Notes under the pieces: model-generated
The model's input: the letters and a program-made list of their open reading frames with translations, nothing else
What the model was told of the DNA's origin: nothing
Database searches by the model: none
Made by a program: the position numbers and the translations under genes
Source of the DNA: Eledone cirrhosa
Lineage: Eukaryota
Reading direction: 5' to 3'
DNA: 64,000 bases
NCBI GenBank assembly: GCA_964016885.1
Contig: OZ024743.1
Span: forward strand, 59,334,001-59,398,000
Shown: in pieces, positions 55,432 through 64,000 of the stretch
Layout of the letters: each line of letters opens with the position of its first letter
Numbering within the stretch: position 1 is the first letter of the stretch

Positions 55432-58400
55432 TTATACTTCTCTTAGGTCAGTGTTGTTTGTTTGGGTGTTGTTGTTGTTCCACTCATTCTTTCTGTTTAG
55501 CTTTGGTCTTCTAATTTCTATTTCACTGGCCTCTCTGATTTGCCTATCTGCTGGGTCATTCCTATGTTTAGATATTATTCTAATTTCTATGTTGTCTATG
55601 TTACCGTCATGTTGTTGTCTAGCATGTTCGTATAGTACTGACCCGTTTTTTCGTCCTTTTAGTTCCCCCCAGTGTTGGTCTATCCTTTCACCTATGCTAC
55701 GAGCTGTCTCACCTATGTATGTTGTTGTCATGTTTCTGCAAGTACCCTCTTTACATCTTATGCTATAGACTACGTTTCTAGTTTTACAGTTTATCCGGGG
55801 GTTCACCTTACATATGATACATTTCCTATTGGTACAGTGGGTTTTCTTAAAAGGGTAGGTTTTGCTGATCAGGGATTTTATGGTGGTTCCTGGCTTTTCT
55901 ACCACCTTTATTTTTAAGTGGGTCTTTCTCAGGGCCTTTCTACACTGGTTAGCTAATTTCCCTCCAGGGGTGGCGTCCACAAACATGACATTCTGATATC
56001 TCTGGTTGTCGTACCATGATGTGGCCTTCCCTATCTTATGTCTAGCCCTATCTAAGCTATTCCATGATTTGCTCCTGTATAGTGGGCAAATTCCTTTCAT
56101 GTCCAGTTCTATGAGGGTCTTATACTTTTCCATGGCTCCTTCGTATACTCTGACTCTGTCTCTTTGGTTGTAGCCAGAGAACTGCATGCGGTTGATGAAG
56201 TGTTGGATGTGTCCTTCCATTTCTGTTGGGTCGCACATGCTTGACACATTCTTCCTCACTCGTACCAAATCTGCGATCAGAATATTAAACTTAGCACTAC
56301 TGGACATTGCTGAGTTTTTGAGTATCAGGTATTTGGAGGCCATGGGTTTAGCATAGTGTGAGTGGAGAATTTGGGCTCTCTCGTCTATAGTGTTAATCCA
56401 GAGTTCTGTGTCTAATACAGGTAGTCTATTGTTAGGGTGTTTGGAAGGGAAGTCTATAGTTACAGTTAAACTCTGGTGTATGGAATTAGCTATCTGCTGG
56501 ATGCTTTCCATCGTGCTACGTTCTAAATCAAACTTGTTAGTGCTCTCTATTGGGGGTGTTCTTATAACTATATTGATATCGTCTACATAACGAGAGTACA
56601 TGATGAGGTCTATGGAGCTTTCATTAAGGAGACCTTTAAGTCTCCTTTCCCACCATACCATGAAAAGGTTGGCAACATCACCAGCTATGCTGACGCCGAT
56701 GGCTGCTCCCTCATTTTGGGTGTAGATTTTCTCATTGAACTTAAATATGTGGCCCTTTAGGGTAGTTTTGATACTAGCCCCTATTGCATGTGCGACCATT
56801 TTTCTTACCTGATCAGTGTTTTGGGGGGTCCGTATAGCTTTGGTCCACCCAATCCACCTTCCTATGGGGGTCTTTTTAGCCATTGAGGTTATGGTGGGGG
56901 GTCTACCTCTTATAGGTCTACTAGGGCAGAAACATCTAAGGTCATGGCTGTCTAGGTAGTCAGTGTCGTAGGTAAGTCTAAGTAGGAGGCCCAGTTCGTC
57001 TGTGTCGACGTCGCAGAACTCCACCTCACTCTCAATGATCATCTCCACACATCTTTTCACAGCAAAATCAATGTTAATGGATGGGTACAGTGACACCACA
57101 TCCATGCTGCCTATTATGCAGTTGGATAGGCTCCTGTTTTTGTTGCACTCACTGATTCTGCTGAGGAGGTCCTCTGTACTTTCACATACATCTGGGGACA
57201 TCTTGATTATGGGGCGTATAACCATTGAGAGGAAGTAGGAGATCCTGTAGTTGCTAGCTATATTAGCTCCGCATACGGGTCTTGTTGGTGGTCCTGTTGC
57301 CGGGTCGTCGACTGTCTTGTGGTCTTTGCGGAGCCCATACAAGGGTGGTATGCCATTGTTAGACGCCTGGAAGTTGTTGGCAGTGCGTCTGCTTGGCTTT
57401 ACGATGTCAGTCCACATCATCATGTGAGCGTTGAGGATTTTTTCTCTCCCATCGTGTGTTAGTTGTGCAACTTCGCTCGTGTTGGTGATGTGGGGTTGCA
57501 TTGCCTCGATGTAGTTCGGCATGCTATCTATTGACATCCTACCAGACTTATCTGTGGGTAGACACACTACCTCACCATCCCTTGTGCGCTGCTTGAGGCT
57601 AACCAAGCCTTCTACAGGTTTTATCCCAAGTTGTTGGGCCTCTGGTCTGCTCTGTCTCATAGTGTACCTGTCTACTACTTGTCTAATCTTATTTCTAGCT
57701 ATGGTGAACTGTGCCTCCGTCTCGTCATCTATTTGCTGTGGTATGCAAACTCTTTTATTAAAGGGTAACCTCGTAGGATAGATATTACCCATCTTATATG
57801 TTTTGTCAGCTGGGTTGAAAAATAGTTTCTCTAATGGGTTGTCGTTATTTCTATCGTCATAGTTGTGTGTGTTGCTATTATTGTTATCATGGTGGTTGTT
57901 GTTGTTTCTATCATTAGCATTAATATTATTATTGTTATGATTGCTAGATGTATTGTTGTTTACTTCACCGTTATTGTTGTTGTTGTTACTGCTATTTCTA
58001 CCATTGTGGTTGTTACTATTAATATGTTTCTTGTTTTTGTTGATGTTGCTACATGTACTATTTCCATTATTACCACTGTGGTTATTGTTGTTGTTGTTGT
58101 TCGTATTGTTACCGTTATTACTACTGTGGTCACTGTTGCTGTGTCTGTGGTTAACGTTTCTATTATTATTATTATTGTGGTTGTTGTTGTTCTGTCTATC
58201 GCTAGTATTATTGCCATTATCACTATTTCTCACTTTCCTGCCATTGTTATGGTTATGGCTGTTATTTCTATACCCAGAGTTATTGTTTATATTACTACTA
58301 CCGTTATTATTGTTGTTGTTGTTTACCTTTGCATTCCAACGTATTTTTGTGAAACACTTTTCCAGCTCCGTTTTGCATTCCATAGGGTTAATCTTTTTGT

Positions 58401-58671
58401 AGATGGCAAATTTTGGTGGTAACTTTAGGATTTGTTGTTCTTGTTCACTGATTAAAGTGTTCCCATAGATATTTACTGTGTGGTCATTGGTAAATTCTTC
58501 CGGTAGTTTTACATCACTCATACGGATGTTGTCGATGTTATCTGGGTATTTTTGAGAATATTCGATTTTCCTTTCTTGTAGTTTTTTCTTATTCATCCAT
58601 TCTAATTTCTTCTTGAAATGCCTACAGCATTCGTTTTGAGCATATTTCGTTTCGCGTCGGATGACGCTCAT
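55432..58671 (-). CDS. PLE polyprotein: Asn-rich insert, reverse transcriptase, Cys-rich linker, GIY-YIG endonuclease
   Basis: PTDKSG, LYGLRKDHK, RPVC, GSMDVVSLYPSI, QNEGAAIG, RYVDD, LPVLD, CxxxxCxxC linker, VVYSIRC...YIGETAR, REA.EI....P.LN; 1079 aa open. Confidence 0.93.
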   Translation of the reverse strand: MSVIRRETKYAQNECCRHFKKKLEWMNKKKLQERKIEYSQKYPDNIDNIRMSDVKLPEEFTNDHTVNIYGNTLISEQEQQILKLPPKFAIYKKINPMECKTELEKCFTKIRWNAKVNNNNNNNGSSNINNNSGYRNNSHNHNNGRKVRNSDNGNNTSDRQNNNNHNNNNNRNVNHRHSNSDHSSNNGNNTNNNNNNNHSGNNGNSTCSNINKNKKHINSNNHNGRNSSNNNNNNGEVNNNTSSNHNNNNINANDRNNNNHHDNNNSNTHNYDDRNNDNPLEKLFFNPADKTYKMGNIYPTRLPFNKRVCIPQQIDDETEAQFTIARNKIRQVVDRYTMRQSRPEAQQLGIKPVEGLVSLKQRTRDGEVVCLPTDKSGRMSIDSMPNYIEAMQPHITNTSEVAQLTHDGREKILNAHMMMWTDIVKPSRRTANNFQASNNGIPPLYGLRKDHKTVDDPATGPPTRPVCGANIASNYRISYFLSMVIRPIIKMSPDVCESTEDLLSRISECNKNRSLSNCIIGSMDVVSLYPSINIDFAVKRCVEMIIESEVEFCDVDTDELGLLLRLTYDTDYLDSHDLRCFCPSRPIRGRPPTITSMAKKTPIGRWIGWTKAIRTPQNTDQVRKMVAHAIGASIKTTLKGHIFKFNEKIYTQNEGAAIGVSIAGDVANLFMVWWERRLKGLLNESSIDLIMYSRYVDDINIVIRTPPIESTNKFDLERSTMESIQQIANSIHQSLTVTIDFPSKHPNNRLPVLDTELWINTIDERAQILHSHYAKPMASKYLILKNSAMSSSAKFNILIADLVRVRKNVSSMCDPTEMEGHIQHFINRMQFSGYNQRDRVRVYEGAMEKYKTLIELDMKGICPLYRSKSWNSLDRARHKIGKATSWYDNQRYQNVMFVDATPGGKLANQCRKALRKTHLKIKVVEKPGTTIKSLISKTYPFKKTHCTNRKCIICKVNPRINCKTRNVVYSIRCKEGTCRNMTTTYIGETARSIGERIDQHWGELKGRKNGSVLYEHARQQHDGNIDNIEIRIISKHRNDPADRQIREASEIEIRRPKLNRKNEWNNNNTQTNNTDLREV

Positions 58672-59063
58672 GAAGTCATCTCTCTCGTTTGCTGTGATGA
58701 GATTTCGGATTTCCTTACCGTTGATGCGTTTTTGTCTGTAGAGTGCGTTGACTTTTGTGTATGTTGTGTTTTCATATTAACTGTTATTGTGTGTTTTAGC
58801 CGTTCAGCTTGTGTTTTGTTCAATAATAAATTATTTACTTGTTTTGATATGTTTGTTGTGTATGTTTTGGAGGAAACACAGTGTTTTAAGAAGCGGATTT
58901 GTTCTGTTGTTATTGTAGTTTTTATATAACAGAAAACAGTGTCTTTCAATAACCTTTCAGCTTCGCACAAGCTAATGCCATAGCGGCGATGAATTAGTTT
59001 TGCGAGGTTTTTTATATGAAATCGTGTGTCGAAACAGATATTGTTATATTTGGGGAGGGTCAT
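58668..59063 (-). CDS. N-terminal part of the same PLE ORF, separated by a probable frameshift near 58770
   Basis: Starts right after the pLTR and has a QIRFLKHC motif; the main frame stays open ~38 codons upstream of its ATG. Confidence 0.7.
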   Translation of the reverse strand: MTLPKYNNICFDTRFHIKNLAKLIHRRYGISLCEAERLLKDTVFCYIKTTITTEQIRFLKHCVSSKTYTTNISKQVNNLLLNKTQAERLKHTITVNMKTQHTQKSTHSTDKNASTVRKSEISSQQTREMTS

Positions 59064-59562
59064 ATTTGCGTAATATTGCCAGAATTAATAACAGAACACA
59101 CTCACTGTTTGGTTGGTTTTCGCTTCTCGCTGTCTTTTATATATATATATCTGCGATCTAACTTACTCGGTCCTCAATGTTGCCATTGACTGACCGGCGG
59201 TCAAAAATAATACAGATACAATATAGACACAAACACATATATATAGTTTACATAATTTACATAAATCTTTCGTTGCACATCTGCAACATCGTCAGTGGTG
59301 TTATATTCATTGTTCCTCCTGTTGTGTTGTATGTCTACGCCATTTTTTTGTTCAGTCTGTCTATATATTTATTTATTTATTTGCTTGTTTGTTTATCTTA
59401 TTTTATTGTGTCTTCTTTGCGCATGCGTTTGCGTGTGTGTATAGTGTTATGTGTGATGTGTGACTAGTGTGTATAGTGTTGTGTCTGCTGGGTGACTAGT
59501 GTGTGTTTATGTGCTTGTGTATGTATTTATTTATCTTATTTTATTTAATTTTATTTACTTAT

Positions 59563-60353
59563 TTATACTTCTCTTAGGTCAGTGTTGTTTGTTTGGGTGT
59601 TGTTGTTCCACTCATTCTTTCTGTTTAGCTTTGGTCTTCTAATTTCTATTTCACTGGCCTCTCTGATTTGCCTATCTGCTGGGTCATTCCTATGTTTAGA
59701 TATTATTCTAATTTCTATGTTGTCTATGTTACCGTCATGTTGTTGTCTAGCATGTTCGTATAGTACTGACCCGTTTTTTCGTCCTTTTAGTTCCCCCCAG
59801 TGTTGGTCTATCCTTTCACCTATGCTACGAGCTGTCTCACCTATGTATGTTGTTGTCATGTTTCTGCAAGTACCCTCTGTACATCTTATGCTATAGACTA
59901 CGTTTCTAGTTTTACAGTTTATCCGGGGGTTCACCTTACATATGATACATTTCCTATTGGTACAGTGGGTTTTCTTAAAAGGGTAGGTTTTGCTGATCAG
60001 GGATTTTATGGTGGTTCCTGGCTTTTCTACCACCTTTATTTTTAAGTGGGTCTTTCTCAGGGCCTTTCTACACTGGTTAGCTAATTTCCCTCCAGGGGTG
60101 GCGTCCACAAACATGACACTCTGATATCTCTGGTTGTCGTACCATGATGTGGCCTTCCCTATCTTATGTCTAGCCCTATCTAAGCTATTCCATGATTTGC
60201 TCCTGTATAGTGGGCAAATTCCTTTCATGTCCAGTTCTATGAGGGTCTTATACTTTTCCATGGCTCCTTCGTATACTCTGACTCTGTCTCTTTGGTTGTA
60301 GCCAGAGAACTGCATGCGGTTGATGAAGTGTTGGATGTGTCCTTCCATTTCTG
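59563..60353 (-). pseudogene. Partial tandem copy (thumb plus GIY-YIG) forming the pseudo-LTR
   Basis: Near-identical to 55432-56225. Confidence 0.9.
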
Positions 60354-62757
60354 TTAGAGAAACTATTTTTCAACCCAGCTGACAAAACATATAAGATGGG
60401 TAATATCTATCCTACGAGGTTACCCTTTAATAAAAGAGTTTGCATACCACAGCAAATAGATGACGAGACGGATACATAGTTCACCATAGCTAGAAATAAG
60501 ATTAGACAAGTAGTAGACAGGTACACTATGAGACAGAGCAGACCAGAGGCCCAACAACTTGGGATAAAACCTGTAGAAGGCTTGTTTAGCCTCAAGCAGC
60601 GCACAAGGGATGGTGAGGTAGTGTGTCTACCCACAGATAAGTCTGGTAGGATGTCAATAGATAGCATGCCGAACTACATCGAGGCAATGCAACCCCACAT
60701 CACCAACACGAGCGAAGTTGCACAACTAACACACGATGGGAGAGTAAAAATCCTCAACGCTCACATGATGATGTGGACTGACATCCTAAAGCCAAGCAGA
60801 CGCACTGCCAACAACTTCCAGGCGTCTAACAATGGCATACCACCCTTGTATGGGCTCCGCAAAGACCACAAGACAGTCGACGACCCGGCAACAGGACCAC
60901 CAACAAGACCCGTATGCGGAGCTAATATAGCTAGCAACTACAGGATCTCCTACTTCCTCTCAATGGTTATACGCCCCATAATCAAGATGTCCCCAGATGT
61001 ATGTGAAAGTACAGAGGACCTCCTCAGCAGAATCAGTGAGTGCAACAAAAACAGGAGCCTATCCAACTGCATAATAGGCAGCATGGATGTGGTGTCACTG
61101 TACCCATCTATTAGCATTGATTTTGCTGTGAAAAGATGTGTGGAGATGATCATTGAGAGTGAGGTGGAGTTCTGCGACGTCGACACAGACGAACTGGGCC
61201 TCCTACTTAGACTTACCTACGACACTGACTACCTAGACAGCCATGACCTTAGATGTTTCTGCCCTAGTAGACCTATAAGGGGTAGACCCCCCACCATAAC
61301 CTCAATGGCTAAAAAGACCCCCATAGGAAGGTGGATTGGGTGGACCAAAGCTATACGGACCCCCCAAAACACTGATCAGGTAAGAAAAATGGTCGCACAT
61401 GCAATAGGGGCTAGTATCAAAACTACCCTAAAGGGCCACATATTTAAGTTCAATGAGAAAATCTACACCCAAAATGAGGGAGCAGCCATCGGCGTCAGCA
61501 TAGCTGGTGATGTTGCCAACCTTTTCATGGTATGGTGGGAAAGGAGACTTAAAGATCTCCTTAATGAAAGCTCCATAGACCTCATCATGTACTCTCGTTA
61601 TGTAGACGATATCAATATAGTTATAAGAACACCCCCACTAGAGAGCACTAACAAGTTTGATTTAGAACGTAGCACGATGGAAAGCATCCAGCAGATAGCT
61701 AATTCCATACACCAGAGTATAACTGTAACTATAGACTTCCCTTCCAAACACCCTAACAATAGACTACCTGTATTAGACACAGAACTCTGGATTAACACTA
61801 TAGACGAGAGAGCCCAAATTCTCCACTCACACTATGCTAAACCCATGGCCTCCAAATACCTGATACTCAAAAACTCAGCAATGTCCAGTAGTGCTAAGTT
61901 TAATATTCTGATCGCAGATTTGGTACGAGTGATGAAGAATGTGTCCAGCATGTGCGACCCAACAGAAATGGAAGGACACATCCAACACTTCATCAACCGC
62001 ATGCAGTTCTCTGGCTACAACCAAAGAGACAGAGTCAGAGTATACGAAGGAGCCATGGAAAAGTATAAGACCCTCATAGAACTGGACATGAAAGGAATTT
62101 GCCCACTATACAGGAGCAAATCATGGAATAGCTTAGATAGGGCTAGACATAAGATAGGGAAGGCCACATCATGGTACGACAACCAGAGATATCAGAGTGT
62201 CATGTTTGTGGACGCCACCCCTGGAGGGAAATTAGCTAACCAGTGTAGAAAGGCCCTGAGAAAGACCCACTTAAAAATAAAGGTGGTAGAAAAGCCAGGA
62301 ACCACCATAAAATCCCTGATCAGCAAAACCTACCCTTTTAAGAAATCCCACTGTAACCAATAGGAAATGTATCATATGTAAGGTGAACCCCCGGATAAAC
62401 TGTAAAACTAGAAACGTAGTCTATAGCATAAGATGTACAGAGGGTACTTGCAGAAACATGACAACAACATACATAGGTGAGACAGCTCGTAGCATAGGTG
62501 AAAGGATAGACCAACACTGGGGGGAACTAAAAGGACGAAAAAACGGGTCAGTACTATACGAACATGCTAGACAACAACATGACGGTAACATAGACAACAT
62601 AGAAATTAGAATAATATCTAAACATAGGAATGACCCAGCAGATAGGCAAATCAGAGAGGCCAGTGAAATAGAAATTAGAAGACCAAAGCTAAACAGAAAG
62701 AATGAGTGGAACAACAACAACACCCAAACAAACAACACTGACCTAAGAGAAGTATAA
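60354..62757 (+). pseudogene. Inverted 5'-truncated copy (RT plus GIY-YIG) with a stop at ~60478 and a frameshift at ~62345
   Basis: ORFs 60528-62363 and 62383-62757 match the main ORF. Confidence 0.9.
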
Positions 62758-63017
62758 ATAAGTAAATAAAATTAAATAAAATAAGATAAATAAATACATA
62801 CACAAGCACATAAACACACACTAGTCACCCAGCAGACACAACACTATACACACTAGTCACACATCACACATAACACTATACACACACGCAAACGCATGCG
62901 CAAAGAAGACAAAATAAAATAAGATAAACAAACAAGCAAATAAATAAATAAATATATAGACAGACTGAACAAAAAAATGGCGTAGACATACAACACAACA
63001 GGAGGAACAATGAATAT

Positions 63018-63090
63018 AACACCACTGACGATGTTGCAGATGCGCAACGAAAGATTTATGTAAATTATGTAAACTATATATATGTGTTTG
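63018..63090 (+). ncRNA. HHR-like motif in the family 3 pLTR (also ~55105-55170 and ~59240-59300, minus strand)
   Basis: CTGACGA t gttgc-agatgc-gcaac GAAA with a plausible stem III ending CTA; stem I is not convincingly formed. Confidence 0.5.
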
Positions 63091-63175
63091 TGTCTATATT
63101 GTATCTGTATTATTTTTGACCGCCGGTCAGTCAATGGCAACATTGAGGACCGAGTAAGTTAGATCGCAGATATAT

Positions 63176-63260
63176 ATATATAAAAGACAGCGAGAAGCGA
63201 AAACCAACCAAACAGTGAGTGTGTTCTGTTATTAATTCTGGCAATATTACGCAAATATGA
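63176..63260 (+). promoter_or_regulatory. Putative pLTR core promoter
   Basis: TATAAAAG ~30 nt upstream of an Inr-like ACAGT and ~75 nt upstream of the ORF ATG; layout kept in the diverged 53.4 kb copy. Confidence 0.4.
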
Positions 63261-63267
63261 CCCTCCC

Positions 63268-63334
<67 letters not shown>

Positions 63335-64000
63335 ATGATACTATTTATAGTTGTGTATATACTATACTATAAATAACTATAAACAGGAAGTGTCAGAAGT
63401 TTATTACTACCTTATTACCAGTAAGAGAAATAGTTCAATGTAAGAACATCAGGTGTTTTACAGAGCAGGAATATAAATTACACAAGTATCAAAGTTATGT
63501 TCAAATCATTTAATCGCTGCCAATTGTTTCTTCCAAACATTTGTTTGGCGAAATCGGAGCATTATCAATGTTTGTACATATAATTAACCTCCTATTCAAC
63601 TGAACAATAATATAGATACATATATATTGATGTTGTGAACACCAGTTTAGTATTTAAAGGTTGTAATGGATGCGATATATATTATACGAGAAATGTACAA
63701 TAATTAAAATTAAAATTAAAATTAAAATTAAAATTAAAAGCACGGTGTGGAATACATGCGACAGATAATACAAGAAAATAGTCTAATTATTAAAGAGACA
63801 ATGAGAATGGAGTACATATTCAAGCGAAGGAAACAAGGAAACAAGCAAAAGTATATATGGATACCCTATGGCAATGTATTACATAAAATACAAGCACTTT
63901 AAGCGAATATGTTAGAGTATTATGGAGGATGGAGTGCGAAATAGTTTCTGTAGAGTTCAAATTTGTATGTGTGTAGAATATGCAAGTTACTGATTTCCCA

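Larger units (their letters stand above)
54852..63275. mobile_element. Penelope-like element family 3 (Neptune-like): full copy, upstream partial tandem (pLTR) and inverted copy
   Basis: Minus strand 54852-60353 (full unit plus partial tandem) and plus strand 60354-63275; three near-identical 3' UTRs; (TA)n on both flanks. Confidence 0.95.

Noticed and set aside
57865-58422. Hydrophobic plus-strand ORFs resembling membrane proteins
   Set aside because: Antisense shadows of the Asn-rich tract.
63115-63170. HDV, twister or pistol ribozyme in the pLTR hairpins
   Set aside because: The required pseudoknots and conserved residues could not be placed.

Overview
AT-rich animal genomic DNA, probably octopod cephalopod (inferred from the SINE type and very dense (TA)n tracts). 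I found no confident host gene; most listed ORFs are microsatellite artefacts. The window is a nest of retroelements inserted mainly in (TA)n: three protein-coding Penelope-like element (PLE) families (two Nematis-like, one near-intact Neptune-like with a long Asn-rich insert), all with head-to-head inverted structures; many non-autonomous PLE-type fragments; an R4/Dong-like LINE remnant; RTE remnants; an internally deleted LTR element with a tRNA-Trp primer site; tRNA-derived SINEs; and a probable Helitron carrying a minisatellite. The main hidden signal is RNA. By eye I can fold or recognise type I hammerhead ribozyme (HHR) motifs in roughly 15-19 unrelated repeat families, many with non-canonical cores (U3-A8, A4/C4, U-U closing stem II, very long stem II). 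The best candidate for a new system is a palindromic tandem array of ~0.5-0.6 kb non-coding units at 16.4-21.8 kb. Each unit carries a minimal HHR and most carry an octamer motif, consistent with a non-LTR retrozyme family, and its inverted layout suggests mobilisation by PLEs. All folds are manual and untested, and element boundaries are approximate.
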